Shown: positions 1 through 13,420 of the stretch, piece by piece
Layout: each line of letters begins with the position of its first letter
Numbering within the stretch: position 1 is the stretch's first letter
Source: Lama guanicoe
Lineage: Eukaryota
Assembly (NCBI GenBank): GCA_013239625.1
Contig: MU054033.1
Coordinates: 1 to 64,000 of the forward strand
DNA length: 64,000 nucleotides
Direction of reading: 5' to 3'
Notes under the pieces: model-generated
Databases searched by the model: none
What the model was told of the DNA's origin: nothing
The model's input: only the letters and a program-made list of their open reading frames with translations
Made by a program: the position numbers and the translations under genes

Positions 1-2
1 CT

Positions 3-1475
3 GGCCAAGATCCAAAGAAGCCACGCCTTAAAACACAGGCTAGTGAGTTTGAGCTCGGAAGCAAAGTGGAATCAAAGAATCAGCCTCAAGGCCATGCCAC
101 TGGTGATCTCCGTCCAGATTCTCACACTGATAACCTCCTTCAGGACCATGCTACGGGCATGCTCCTCCAAGACTCTGCCTCTCAAGTGCTCCTTCAGGGC
201 CCTCACACTGATGTGCTCCTTGTGGCAGACATCTTGGCTTCTTGTAGGTTCCCGTCCAGTCCCCTAGGGGCACATGCTAGTGGGGGGGCACCAGCTTTCC
301 AGGCGCTATATGGCCTCAAAACAAGTGGACAGGGTAGCCAGGGACAGCAACAATCCAGAAAACCCAAACTTAGGGACCCATATAAGAGCCAAAGTGAGGT
401 GCCTGCTCCAACTAACGAGCAGAGGGCCATTAGGAGACTCCAACCCGGAGAGCATGAAGAACCGAAGAGCATCCAGGGACCACAGGGACCTGGGAAACCA
501 AAAGTTAAGGACCCGTGTAGGGGCCAGATGGCCTCGTCTGATGAGGGAGCGGTCTGTGCACGGCTCAGACCAGGGGAAGATGAGGACTGGAGGGCCTTTA
601 AGAGGCTCCAACCAGAAGAGGATGAAGAAGCAGAGGCCCAGAGTGAGGTGCCTGCCCCAGCTGAGGAGCAGGACTGGGGAAGCAAACCGGGAGAGCACGA
701 AGAAAGGTCTTCAGGCATGAGAGCCCCCCAAGCCAGTGGGCGGAGCCTTCCTCCCCCGGCCAGGGGAGCTGGAGAGTCCCTCGGCAGGAAACACCTCCAG
801 CCAGGGCAGGGGCACGTCTCACCAGAAGGCCACTTCAGTAAAAGGATGAGGCACTTTCATCAGTGCCTTACTCCCAAGAAAAAACGCAAAGAAACGGAAG
901 TTTTCCTTCAAAAAAGCAAGCCTGCATCTAACACTGCTCAGCGCCAGGAGCCCAACAAAGGCAGATTTGTTACGAACAGCGTGACTGTTGATGCTCGGAC
1001 AGTCGCCACGGCTGTTGGACAGATCCTGGTGGACAAGTTGGGACTCCATGCCTTGGAGGTAAGTCAGCACAAAGAACCAGTCCAGGTCCAAGGACGTGGA
1101 CATTCCCACTACGATGGGGTTCTCTGCTCCTCAGAACAGAGAAGAGTAAGGAGAGATATGGACTACAGTCACCAAGCCAGCCACAAGGACCACAGCTATC
1201 TCGACAAGACCAGGCAGACCAGAGACTGGGGTGGCAAGTGTGCCTTCCCAATCAGGGAGCCAGGCAGACCTTGCCAGCATGGACCAAGGGTGGCAGGTGC
1301 CTCAGGCCACCTGCCCCTCAACCCAAAATGCTGTCCTCAGAAATGTGCTCCTTCTTGTCTATCAAAACATGATCCTCGTTTCTTTCCTCGTAGGATAGAT
1401 TTTGCCCAAGAAAATATTAAGTACATTCAAAGAAAATCTGTTCCTTATCATGTTAGCACACCCTCTGTGTGCTAA
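3..1475 (+). CDS. SPATA31: SPATA31 (FAM75) family protein, 3' part of the long terminal coding exon (5'-partial, frame open from the window edge)
   Basis: Frame is open from nt 3 (GQDPKKPRLKTQASEFELGSKVESKNQPQG...) to TAA at 1473-1475. Family-like motifs: repeated LLQD (DNLLQDHATGMLLQDSASQVLLQG), SPEGHFSKRMRHFHQCL, TAVGQILVDKLGL. Subfamily cannot be assigned by eye. Confidence 0.8.
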   Translation, partial: GQDPKKPRLKTQASEFELGSKVESKNQPQGHATGDLRPDSHTDNLLQDHATGMLLQDSASQVLLQGPHTDVLLVADILASCRFPSSPLGAHASGGAPAFQALYGLKTSGQGSQGQQQSRKPKLRDPYKSQSEVPAPTNEQRAIRRLQPGEHEEPKSIQGPQGPGKPKVKDPCRGQMASSDEGAVCARLRPGEDEDWRAFKRLQPEEDEEAEAQSEVPAPAEEQDWGSKPGEHEERSSGMRAPQASGRSLPPPARGAGESLGRKHLQPGQGHVSPEGHFSKRMRHFHQCLTPKKKRKETEVFLQKSKPASNTAQRQEPNKGRFVTNSVTVDARTVATAVGQILVDKLGLHALEVSQHKEPVQVQGRGHSHYDGVLCSSEQRRVRRDMDYSHQASHKDHSYLDKTRQTRDWGGKCAFPIREPGRPCQHGPRVAGASGHLPLNPKCCPQKCAPSCLSKHDPRFFPRRIDFAQENIKYIQRKSVPYHVSTPSVC

Positions 1476-3289
1476 TGGCTCCTTCCAACCACAACTTTTA
1501 TTGTTCCCCCAAATACATGTTTTTTTCCCATGACCGGTGTGGCGTCTGTCTAGTGTCCTGCTGGGGAGAAGGGAAGGGGAGCCAAGTGCTTGCTTTGGCT
1601 TCCAGAAGGGACGACGGGGCCATGGAGGGAGGTTGACCCCAGCGTGGAATTCTCACCCTCACCCCAGTTGCTCCTTTAAGTCCCGCAACTACCAGCATTA
1701 CAGAAACAAATGAAAGCATCCAGGGCCTGTCACGGAGAACAAAGCCAAAAGATCTCCCCTTTCCCACGATCTGGCTCAGCCTTACTCCCCCCCACGTGCT
1801 TTCTACCTTGAACTTGTGCGGCTGGAGGGGAGGGTTTTGCAGAGGCTGAAATTCCTCTCAGTCTCCAGCAAGTGTCAGAGACAAGTTCACATGGCAGATT
1901 AAGGAAGGGGATTGGGGGCAGCGCTGGCCCCGCGTCCAGAGCTGGGAGAAACCTTGCCCCCCACCCCCGCCACGTCTTGGTGGGAAGAGGTGACACCTGC
2001 CCTGAGCCCTCCCCTCCCCATGAAGCTGGGTTGAGATGGGCCCGGAGCGGCCCCCCCTCTGCCTTTCTCGGGATCTGGAACGCGGCTGCCCCAGCTCTGG
2101 GCATGTGCGGCGGGAGCCCCAAGACCTCCGAGGGCCTGTCCAGCCTGCCCCAGAGGAGGGGGCAGCCCGGCCCACAGCGCCCACCTCCCCCCCTGGCCTG
2201 TGACTCTGTGCAGTCACCTCACCGTCTGACAGTGGGACACTGGGCACCCTGTGGCGGGGGCGGTTCATGGCGAGGAGGCAGGTGGCACAGGGCGCCCGCA
2301 TCCCACCACCGTCTACAGGCCCAGAGCGGAGAAGACGGGGCCCGGGGGCTCTCCCCGGAGGGTCCACCCTCCTCCAGCTCCCCAAACCCAGAGGGCAGCC
2401 ACCTGCAGCTCCTGCTCGGAGGGCCAGGCTCACAGAGGCAGCAAAGCCTCCAGCAAGAAGGCTCACTTCTCCACAGAGTGTGTACTAAGCTTTCACAGGA
2501 CGGGGAGCTCAGGACAGACTGGCGGTCTGCGGCCTTCAGCTACACACGGGGTCCAAGGAGGCTCCCAGGGGACAGACGGGACTTAAATGGCCCGGAGACT
2601 GTCCCGGGGTCCTAGCAAGTCTCACCTGGCTCTCAGCCTTGCTGACCCAGAGCCCGGAGCGGGAAGAGGCCAGCAGACAGGACCTGTCACACAGCGGGCG
2701 GAAGTGACCTGTGGGGACTGGGGTGCCGTCCGGCTTTCCTCCCCGGCCCGGCCACACGGAAGCTGGGAGAAGGGGAGCAATGCTCCAGAGCGATCGGTGC
2801 TTCGTGTCATAGTCACTCCCACAAGGGCCAGTCCTGCTCCAGGAGGGGCCCCTCATCCAGGTGACAGCAGGGATGGCCCTGCCCCCACGCCCGTCAAGAC
2901 CCCAACTCATGGGACCGGGACCCGGGGCGGAGGCGCGAGCAGGCACAGGCCTGCGGTTTCTCCCTGGAGCCAGGTCCTGCCTTGGGCCCCATCCTGCAGG
3001 GTGGGCTCAGGACCTGTGGGAGGGGCTGGGACTCGGGCCAACAGACCGCCCTCGGGAGCTCAGGGGAGGAGGGCACAGAGTGGGGACCCTGAGCCTGGCT
3101 GCCGCTGCGTCCTCTCAGGGCCAGCGACCGGTGAGTGCTGGGGTGGGGGGACCCCAAGGCTCCTGCGGGGAGAAGCCACATGGAGGGGACACTGTTAGAA
3201 CAGCAAGAAACAGGAAGGGGCAAGTCCCTCTGCCCTTGTCCTGCATAAGGTGCGGTAAGGCCAGCAGTGGAGGCCCCACACTAGGAGTC

Positions 3290-3400
3290 CCCACACAGAG
3301 ACCCCTGACAGAGACCCCCGACAGAGACCCACACGGAGACACCCCAGCCAGAGAGCTCCTACAGAGCACCCCACAGAGACCCCTCCCAGAGACCCTGCGC
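3290..3400 (+). repeat. Degenerate minisatellite, about 13-nt unit (acagagacccc-like)
   Basis: About 8 imperfect copies of cagagacccc. Confidence 0.7.
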
Positions 3401-6400
3401 ACAGGCCTCACAGGCAGGCTTTAGGATCGGAGTCGCCACCCACTGTCAGCTCCCTCCTGGTGGATCTGATGCCACGTAACAAATGGGGAGCACAGGGGAA
3501 GGACCAGTGGCTGCCTCCCCTCCCCGAGGACTCCCAGACCCCCAGACACTGTCAGCATCGCCCCCGACGGCGGTCTCTGCTTGGGGAAATGCTGCTGAAC
3601 TTTGGGCCTTTTGTAACGTCACTGCCCCTCAACACAGGAATTACACACGCCGCGTGTAGACCTGCAAAGGTCTTTCCTCCACAGGTTTTTGTTAGCTTGA
3701 CCTCTGACCCCCAGCTCAGAGAATCACAGATTTTCAACCTTCAATGAGAGAAAAAACTTTATTTGTCCAGTTTCAGTCATCTTCCAGTCCAGTGGTGTCA
3801 GTGTCAGATTTTTTAAAAATTTCACTGGGGACAAGATTCAACTGCAAAGGGTGGATTTGTTTACTGTGGAAGCAAAAGCCTGCAGCCAGTGGGCTCCAGG
3901 AGTAAAAGAAAGCAGCAGAGAGGCCTGTGGCGTCTCACCTACCACCCGGGGGCCGCGCCACCAGGACAGTACTTTGCACGTAACACCTTGTGTCAGGCTT
4001 GTGGGTGTTGTTTTACTCTTCGATGAAACAGGCTAACAATTATGTGAAGATCTTTTTTGCAAACGAGTCCTATATCTGACAGTATTCCTTTTTTTTTTTT
4101 TTTGTCCTCTGGCAAAATTATACTTAATTCTTTTTCTAAAAATGTGGTATTGCCCTCCAATAGCAGGGTACTTGTTTCCAAAGTGTGACAGAGTCCTCAC
4201 GTTCAGCTAACATGGCTTAAACTGATAGACTAGGAGGATTCAGGTTTTTAATAACTCTTTTAAAATGGAGTCCAATGATTGTCCAAGACACAAGCAACGG
4301 GGTTTCATTTCATGTTCATTAGAAGGCTAAAAAAGGACCCTTTGCTTCATCTTTCCTCTCTCCTCTCTCCTCTCTCCTTTCTAGATTCACCTAAAATCTT
4401 ACAAAACGTGTCACTTAATCTGTGCTTGAGACGTGCATGTGGTCTAATAAAACTACCAGAAGGCACGTCTTAACATTGGAACTGAAAAAAGTGTACGTTA
4501 GTAATCGAGTGTAAGTTACTGTCCACCAAGTGTACATCAATCATCAGACTTCCCACGTTATATACCCAGCCCTTTCAGTGTTGCTACATACACATTTCTT
4601 GTTGCTCATAAGCAACTAGTTTTCCTTGTCCTGTTAAAATCAGCTCTAACGATAATTGTCAAGCTTGTGTCATTGGTTGAGCCTCTCAGATTACCCATCA
4701 GAATGACAGGGTTACGGTCCCTGTCAATTTCAACCAAGAAAATTCCCTTTTTCTGTTCTTCATAATTTACAAATTTATAGCTAATTTTCTGCTTTACTCC
4801 CTCACAATATCATTGAATCACAAAATGATGGAAAATGGTCCTGGATGTCCTGTAGTATCCCATTGGGTTTTGTTTCATTTTGTTTTGTTTTTGTAGTACA
4901 ACTTATGCGGGTAAGTTTCATGATCATCCAAAAAATGGGGCCAATGAGGAAAAATTTCATACAAGAAATGCTTTACGAAGAATAGTATATCCTTTTCAAG
5001 TTGCTTATTTTAACAGAATTAGACCAGTATTCAACTGAGGGATTACTATCCAGTCCTTTGAATTAAAGTTGAATTAAAATGTCCGATTTCTGCAACACAA
5101 ACTTGCACCTTTACCCTAAATGAAGCAATCAAGGGGGTTCAATTTATTAAAACAAAAAAATTGTCGATATTTCCAGACGTTATGGCCACTCATATTGTAT
5201 TTTTGCCAAAATTCACAGATGGTAAATCTTAGAAATGTTTTACCATTAATATATACCCAACAGAAATGGATACCAAAAATCAAGCTAACAGAGAACATAA
5301 CAGAAACAGGTCCTTTGCTGTTGCTGCAAATGGCATTATTTTATTATTTCATCTGGCTGAGTAGTGTTTCCCTGGCCAGCTAAGCAAGCGCCCTGCCGCC
5401 GAGCTGACCCCCACCCGCCGCGTTGTTTCCACGCAGAGCTTCTGTGCGGCCGTTAAACAGCCCTCCTTGGCCGTTGATCGGAACACTGCCGGGCGGAGCG
5501 GGAGCACGTGAACATCCCCTGCACATGTTGCTGCCTCCTCTTCTTCCCCGCCCTGGTCCACGGGGCTCTCCTGCCTCCCAGGTGACTGGCCTTGAATTCT
5601 GGCCTCTCTTAGCCCAGCAAGCAGAAGGTGCGAAGGAAGGAAGAACAGAAGGGCAAGAAAGGCTCGTGTCACCTGCCCTGCACTGCTGCAAACCACTGTG
5701 GTGCTGGTGCCGCACGGACCTGGCGGCGGTTCCCAGGGGGCCTTCTCTTGTGGGCATTTTACGCCATTTCCAGGGGCCTCACCCTCGCAGCGCCTCGCTG
5801 GGGGAGGGGGAGCACCCTCTCTGGTTGGTCCCCAGGGCTCCCCATCGCTGGGCAGTCCTCGTGGCAGGTGTCTCAAGCTGGACCACTCCAGGACAGCATG
5901 GGACCCCTTCAACCCTGAGGCTGGGACAGCACATACTCCTGGCAGTTCATCCAGGATGGTCCTACAGTCATGCCCCGCTTCCCCAAACGCCAGGGGGACA
6001 CAGGCGGGTTCTCAGCTTTGGCTACTGGGTGCTCCCTGTTGGGGGTGCGCTCACACAACCCTGAAAACCCTCTCTAAAAACCCTAGTCCATCTCCTCCTC
6101 CCTGGGCCGTCCCCACGGTCCAAGGAGGCTGCTGGGGCGCAGCCACATGAGGTGCACGTTCTATCAGCCCCTCTTTTCCAGGCGCTGCTGTGGTGGGGGA
6201 GCTTTATTTTCTCATCAGGAAACCCTCAACTCCTAGGACTGGGCTTAGGCCTTTGAGCTGCCGTAATGGCATCTGAATTTATAAGATTTTTAAAAAACTT
6301 TCAACCAACTTTGGTCCCAACTTTTATCAGTTCATTGGAAAGAGCATTTCTCATCCCCAGGAAGAAGAACTAAGATGTAAGCTTATACATTTTTATGTAA

Positions 6401-7054
6401 TTTGGAAATTAATGAACTCAGGCTTAGCTATTATCTATTTATGTAATATTGGCACTTAAACCTAGAAAGATATTTACCACTTTTTCCTCCTCCTTTCTGG
6501 TTTCAAAAACCAAAATATACATTAAGAATGAACTGCGAGCATGCCAGTATCTAGTGGGTATTCTGTGTGTTTACTGTTATGTTAAAGTCTCTACTTTCAC
6601 ATCACCAAGGAGAGGAGTTCTCGGGGGGGAGTCAGCCTTCAGCACAGACCAGGTTGAAGCAGTCAGATGCTGGGGGTCCCCTGACCTTTACAAGATGCTT
6701 CTCACGGGTCAGTGAAAGGGTCTGAAAGGTCGGGAACAGAAACAAGCTGAGAGTGAAAAGCCAGATCACTGAAGGGCAGGCCCTCTGACACGTGTCTGGC
6801 AGTCTCCTGCACCCCTGATAAGCGGACACAGTTTCTGTGCAGAGAACATGGCTCTGGGTACCGAAGACAAACCAGCAGGACAGCGCATCCCCGGAACTGA
6901 GGCTGGTCCACCCCACAGGGCTTCCCACTGAGATGCTCTAGCCCCGAGAGGTGACAGATCTCCCCGAGCAGAGCGACAGTGGTGGCTGTTACCACTGCTG
7001 TGGCGCTTGGCTGCGCTTTCCTTCAGATAATAAATACGATCGAGTTTAGCTACA

Positions 7055-7225
7055 CGGCAGGGGGAGGGATAGATTAGGAGTTTGGGGTTAGCAGGTACAA
7101 ACTACCACATACAAAATAGATACACAATAATGTCATCATCTGTAGCACAGAGAACTGCATTCAGCATCTTGTAATAACCTACAATGAAAAAGAACATGAA
7201 AAAGAGGGGGAACCACAACTGATGG
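7055..7225 (+). mobile_element. L1 3'-end fragment
   Basis: gggagggatagattaggagtttgggg...tgtagcacagagaac...gtaataacctacaatgaaaaagaa, a typical cetartiodactyl L1 3'UTR. Confidence 0.75.
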
Positions 7226-7489
7226 GACACGGATGGGGGCCTTAGGGGCGTCTGGAGTCCAGCAGAGCCCAGGTCATTCCGCAGAGTCGACCCCTGCCTG
7301 AAACCATAGACGCATCCCAGCAAGCATGCTGTCCTGGTGGCCCTTGCGCCAGGGCCCCGGAGGCCCAGCCAGCGCCACGCTCAGGGACCCAGCCCAGCCC
7401 CGGCTCCTCCCTACGTGTCCTAGGATCTGCTCCAGTTGGAGTCAATGAGTGGACAGCAGGCCCACCGGCAAAGATTCTCTCTCTGTGCA

Positions 7490-7930
7490 AACTTCGGTCA
7501 GGCTTTCCTGAACAGTCTTTTCCACTCGGCTCAGACTTGGGCTCCCATGTCCTTCCTTGCAGAGTCCAGTCTTAGCAAGAATCCGGCTGGGTCAGTTTCG
7601 CCAGAATCCCCCTTCCTTGGTAGCTGATCAGCCTCGATATCCGATCAGTTCTTCATCCTCCCAGGCGGGGTCTGATCTCCCTGGCCGGCCTTCAGTACGA
7701 TGCCTGTTAGGTCGGTTTAGGTAGAATCCTCTTTACCCCTAATGTTACCTCTTAGCGGTTTTCCGTCCCCAGGCTCCCCCCTTGCCCCTTGGCTATCGGT
7801 TCCCACTTCTCCTTATTGCATTTGGAGTTGAGCCCCATCTCTCTCCCACACTACAAAGCCCCACTGTCGTAGCCACCCCCTTCCCTTGAATAAAGGCAGC
7901 CTTACAGGTGTCGTGAATAACCGTTTCTTC
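7490..7930 (+). mobile_element. ERV-type solo LTR
   Basis: cttagcaagaatcc...ggagttgagcccc...cttgaataaag U3/R-like organisation. Confidence 0.55.
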
Positions 7931-9799
7931 ATCGCTCCGGGGTCCCAACACGGGCTTTCTCCCCTCGACAGGAGGCAGCTCAGTCCTCAAACGAGCTCAT
8001 GTTCATGTGTGGGGGGCTCTGTTTCTGGCCACACTGCTTTTTTGTCAAGAAAAGGAGGGGAGGGGGTTAAAGCGCTCTGGGGTGCAGACAGACAGGAGAG
8101 CAGCCCTCCCGCAGCCTTCCCTGCTGCTGATGCTTTGTGACGCTTTTTCGGGTTTTGTTTTGGGCCAAATAAAGACAGAAGACCATTCAGAATAATGACT
8201 TTTCACAGAAGTGAGGTATGCTCGCAGAATTAAGGATGGGGCTTTTTAATTGAACGAACTTCGTTCTGTGAGAAACCTGTCACGTCTTCCTTCCTCTGGC
8301 TCCCGTTTCCCTGGCGACCTGCAGCCGCACTGCACTGGGACAGGCACCTGGGAGCCACTGGGCAGACAGCGCCGCCAGCGGGGCCCGGAGCTGGCTGTGA
8401 ATGTCCTTTGTCACGTTCCTCACGCTCTCCCCGCAGTGCCCCTCGAGGGTCTCCAGAAGGATTTGACAGCCGATGGACCCTGCAGGGGTGAAACAGGACG
8501 CATCCATGAAAACTCCAGGCTTGAGAAGCGTGGACGGGAGTCACCTGGGATCACTAGGGGAGCCTACAGGTGGCGCGATGGGTTGCAGGAGCCCTGGGGG
8601 GGGGGGAGCAATAGTCCTGGCTGTAGGAGCAGTCCATTGATTGAGCACCACTGTGTACCTGCCCTGCCCTCTTTATTTCGCACTTTACTCCAAACATCCA
8701 AACAGAATCTCTTTTAACTTTCTTGAAATGAATCTGATACAAACTAGACCATGAGGTATAGAGGGTAACACATCAGAGTTTGATCAAAGTGACCGATGTG
8801 ACACTCACTCTTTGGAAACGCCTTTAAACAATGAGAGTGAGAGAGGTTTATTTTTTCTTTTGGGTTGCTGAAAATAGAGAACAGAACTGTCCAGAATCAT
8901 CTGACTGCATCAGTACAAAACAGCAAGAGTGAGGACATATTCAACAGCCTAACTCACTTTGCTTGTCTGCACATAATGTACAATTCTGCAAAACGGACGT
9001 CTCGACTGAAGCCCCCTCCCCAGCCCCCAAGGACATAATTAGTGCTGGTGTTGGATAGTACTTCAAAGAACGGTGATTTCATTTCCTAACAAAGTCAGAG
9101 GAAGTTGCATCAATATTTCAAATGAGGAAATCCTAGAGGCGTTTTTATTAACTGATAAAGATAAAAATTTTTTCTGAAGTGGAAATATTATCACAGATGT
9201 AATTGAATTGGGGGAATATCACACAAACGTTGAATCCAAGCCTCCCTTATTTCACTCTATGTCAGTGAAAGTTTCTGTAACCCTATTTGTTTTGTTATGT
9301 TTTTTAGATTCCACATTTAAGTGAAAGCATACACTATTAACATATGACAAATATATTCTATCTTACCAATCATCAGGAAAATTCAAACTCAAACCATGTG
9401 ATATGCTTTTTTTTATTCAGAATGTGAGCAAGACTTCTAACCATCAAGATTTGGTTTAACCTTAGAGAAACAGAAACTCTCACACCCAGCCCCTTTGGAA
9501 GTCAGCTGAACCATGCCTATTAAAACTAAAAATACGCTTATCTTACTCTCGAGCAATTGTATTTCTAAGTATCTACCCCAGAAAAATTATGTTTCTCAAG
9601 TGAGACATAACAATGTGCTTGAATCCCTTTTTCAAAGAAATCAATTTTATATTATTGCAAGAAATGGAATGTTTAAGGCCAGGGAAGTTTTAAGAGAAAC
9701 TTCCACCCAAAGAACCATGCTACCTCACTGACGAATGTTGCTCCCCAAGAATCCAGCCTGAGAGCAAAGACAGAAAGCAAAGAATGCAGAAAAGAAGCA

Positions 9800-10220
9800 G
9801 AAACCATGTGGTGTTGAGCTCTCGGCATTTTGACAAATACATTCAGTCACATATCCAACAGCAAAATTATCCTAGGGAACAATTCCATCACCCCCCAAAA
9901 TTTCCTCCTGTCCCCCTTCATAGTAAGCTCCTCTTCCCACTCCCCTCCCTTCCAACCACTAAGTTGTCCAACCCAACAGTTTCTCAGAATGTCGTATAAA
10001 TGAAATTCTGTGTTATGTAATTTTGAGGGTTTGGCTTCTTTTGCTTAGCAAATGCTTTTAAGATTTCACCATGTTGCTCAGGGGGACCAAACTGTTCTTT
10101 TTTATGGCCAAGTAGCATTATATTGTCTGGATGTACCCTGGTTTGTTTGTACATTTACCCACGGAGAGACTTTGGGTTTTTCCCCCCAATTTTTAACAAG
10201 TTATGAATAAAACTGTTATA
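9800..10220 (-). mobile_element. Old L1 (L1MB/ME-like) 3' end
   Basis: ccatcacccccc...tggcttcttttgcttagc...ttatgaataaaactgttat pattern. Confidence 0.65.
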
Positions 10221-12589
10221 TGTATTTATAATTTTTAAATGACAAATAAATTCAAACACATTTAGGATGATGCTCAAAATTTTGCAGCAAACTCCTCTAG
10301 CAAAATATGAGTCTGAAGCTGGTTTACACAATGAGGTACAAATACTATGCAGCACTTAAAGGGACTCTGAAGAAAAAGCGGTCAAGAGGTTCAAAGTGCT
10401 GTGAGGTACAGATAAACAAGGGACCAGCCCTCCCGCAGACTTCCCTGCTACTGTCTATTTTGACTTTAAAATGAGCTTTGTTTTCCTGTTTCTTGCCTAT
10501 CCATGTGTTTTTCTATCTTAAAATGTGCACCGGCAAGATTTCATAAAAGATACTCAAATAAGTTCACGGCAGCCTCGAGAGAATTAAGACACTAATTAGT
10601 AAGAAAAATGGATCTTTGCTAAGAAAAAGAATAGCTATTTCATGTGATGAATTTTTTTGTGATTTTTCAAGAAAAGTAATAAATTGGAGTCATGGAAATA
10701 ATCACTATTAATAGACTCTCATTTTTCATTATCAAAAGGAGAAAAACAATTTTTCTCCATGTATTAATAGGATTTATTTTAGCAGAATTATTGTAATATT
10801 AAGGAAGCATTCACTTTCTAAAGTGGCTGTGGTAGTGTTACAGAAAAGAGAAGTACTCAGTAAAAACAGGACGAAGGAAGAAGAAAGGTTAGATTGAATG
10901 TGTAGAGATGGACACGGAGAGGTCTTGGGCCGTTAGCAGAGGCAGGTGTGCAGTATGGGGACAGGGGACAAATGTGGGAGAGAGGGCAGGATAAGAATGT
11001 GGAAGGCCAACAAGGGAAAACTGCCCACCGGCAGGTGCATCGTCCACCAGCAGGTGCATTTGAAGCCTGGTGCTGCTACCTGCCCGTGAAATTTCCTTTT
11101 ATTTCTGAGACGGGCTGCTGTTTTTTTCACATACGATCAGCATTTCAAACTTCTATCCTTCCAGCTCTACTCAGCCTCACCATTCAAATATTCCCATGCC
11201 ATCTCTTCAGTAAGTTTAGTGCCCACTATTTCTCACTCCTCTAGGGATGGAGATCAAACTTAGAAGGAAAAGAAGGAGAAAGAAGAAGACAGAACATACT
11301 TCTGCAGCTTCTTAATATGGAAAAACATACCACCACTCGGTCTCAAATTCCCCTTTCTTCTTTTCTGCCCATCTACCTCTTCTCTCTCCTTTTTTATTTA
11401 TCTTTAGATGCACTGACATGATTTCATTATTCTGATTTGGTAGAGGACTGAACAGCTAACTTGTCCCACCCTCCAGCGGTCCTCCCAGAGCCCCTGCTTT
11501 GGAATGGGCTGGACATAGTTTGAGTAGGTTTGCTATTTATAGAGACTTACAGAAAGTACCTTTCTGAGAACCACTTCCGTAACAAACTGAAACATTGTTT
11601 AATGCAGTGATGTTTGCCAACTGTTGCCCCAGCATAGACCAGAAAGTCTGCAGGTCAAAGCTGTCAGCTGCAAGGAGGAAGCATTGCCTCGACAGCCCCA
11701 GTGGAATCCATCCCAGAGGGAACCGAGCGCATGTAGCATCGACCTTTGAGTGGCTTACAGGAGCTTCGTCAGCACAGGGCACTGACCTGGATTCAGGATC
11801 AGTGGGGAAAAGTGAAGGGAAGTGAATCTTCCTAAGAAATCCTTCTAACCAGCAAACAGCTTGTGGGGTGAACAAGCTACTGCCCTAAAATGAGAGTTAC
11901 TTGTCCAGATAAACCGCTTTGCCGAATTTTCCAGAAGGAAACAGGAAACCGGTTAGGAGTCTCATATTCCTGGGGCAAGAGTCTCCCTGAGAGAATATGA
12001 AATTAGGTTCACAAAAGCGATCTTAGTCCTCAGATGGTTACAAGGCACTAGCGATAGCGAGAACAGACGTGGGTCTGCTCCTGCGTGTACGTTACAGGGC
12101 GTGGGGGGGGAAGTCTTGCTGTCACAGGCTTGGCTCCTGAGCCCCCTTCTACTAACTAGGGTCTTGGAGAAACTTAACCCATGAAATCACTAGAAAAGGA
12201 AATTGAGGAGTGGCACTTTTTTCTTAATGCCACATTGAGCCTTATTTCGAAAGGAGGAAAAAGGATCTCAAGCACACGTGTCATTGTTATTGCTCTTGTT
12301 GTTAAGCATGTGTACTATAAAGGCTGTGAGCGGAGACTTTGTACTATATACTCAGTTCTTTTTGACGGTTTCCCAGTCTGTGTGTGTGAGGAGGGGTGAG
12401 GAGTGAGGCATAAAGCAAATACTGAGCCATCCACCACAGGACACTAATCACATGAGGTCACCCAGAATGGAACTCCTTAGCTTTGTGTCACCATCCTGAA
12501 TAGCCATGGTGAACTGGACACCAAGAGAAGGAATGTTCCAATCACTTTCTTTAGACTTTTTCACAATATCCAAGCTAAATTTTTTTTAA

Positions 12590-12850
12590 AGACTTCAACA
12601 TCACTGATCGTTAGGGACATACAAAGCAAGACCACAATAAGGTATCACCTTACACCTGTTGGAATGGCTGTCATCAAAAAGACAAGAGATGATAAAGGCT
12701 GGCGAGGATGTGGAGAAAGGGGAACCCTTGTGCACCACTGGTAGGAGTGTATGGAAAAGAGTTCGGAGGGTTCTTAAAAAATTAAAAGTAGAACCATCAT
12801 GATCCAACAAGTCCACTCCTGGATATATGATGGAAGGAGATAAAACCATT
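12590..12850 (+). mobile_element. L1 ORF2 3' fragment
   Basis: caacatcactgatc...gaatggctgtcatcaaaaagac...gaggatgtggagaaaggggaacccttgtgcac. Confidence 0.8.
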
Positions 12851-12949
12851 ATATCCCCTCCCAAGTCAACATCGAATGCTTCTTCCACCAGTAAACTTGC
12901 CTCTTCTGCTCCGGCTGCCGATGTGACTGCTTCTCTGCACTTCCTGGGT

Positions 12950-13420
12950 GTCTTCATTTCCTATTTGCTGCTGCAACAAAATATCACCAAGGGTGGCTTG
13001 AAATAACACAAATTTATTCTACTCGCTTCCGGAAGTCAGAAGTCTAAAATGGGCCTTATTAGACTAAAATCAAGATGTTGGCGGGGCTGAGTTCCTTCTG
13101 GAGCTCTGGAGGAAAAATCTGTGTCCTTATTTATTACCACTCCTAAAAGTGCCTCTGTTTACCTTGGCTTTTGGCCCCTTCCTTCATCTTCAGCGTCAAG
13201 TCAGCAGCATAGCTTCTTCAGCTCTCTCTCTCACTCTGATAACTGGCTCTCCTCCCACTCTCTTTCACTTAAGGGCTTTTACGATTACATTGAGCCCATC
13301 CAAATAACTCAGGATAATCTCCTCTGAAAATTCTTAACCACGGTTGCAAAATTCCGTTGCCATGTTGAGGCAGAGTAGGCTGCAAGTCTCAGGATGCGAA
13401 CATCTTTGGGGGACCACCTG
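12950..13420 (-). mobile_element. MaLR LTR (MLT1-like)
   Basis: tgctgcaacaaaatatcacc...ggtggcttgaaataacacaaatttattct...gagcccatccaaataactcaggataatctc. Confidence 0.75.

Noticed and set aside
3290..3400. CRISPR-like repeat array
   Set aside because: Eukaryotic degenerate minisatellite without unique spacers.
1498..3750. Many overlapping 100-250 aa ORFs on both strands
   Set aside because: GC-rich, stop-poor DNA; Pro/Gly/Arg-rich translations with no recognisable domain or splice pattern.
5349..6150. ORFs of 187-213 aa
   Set aside because: Same GC-rich artefact; no homology recognised.
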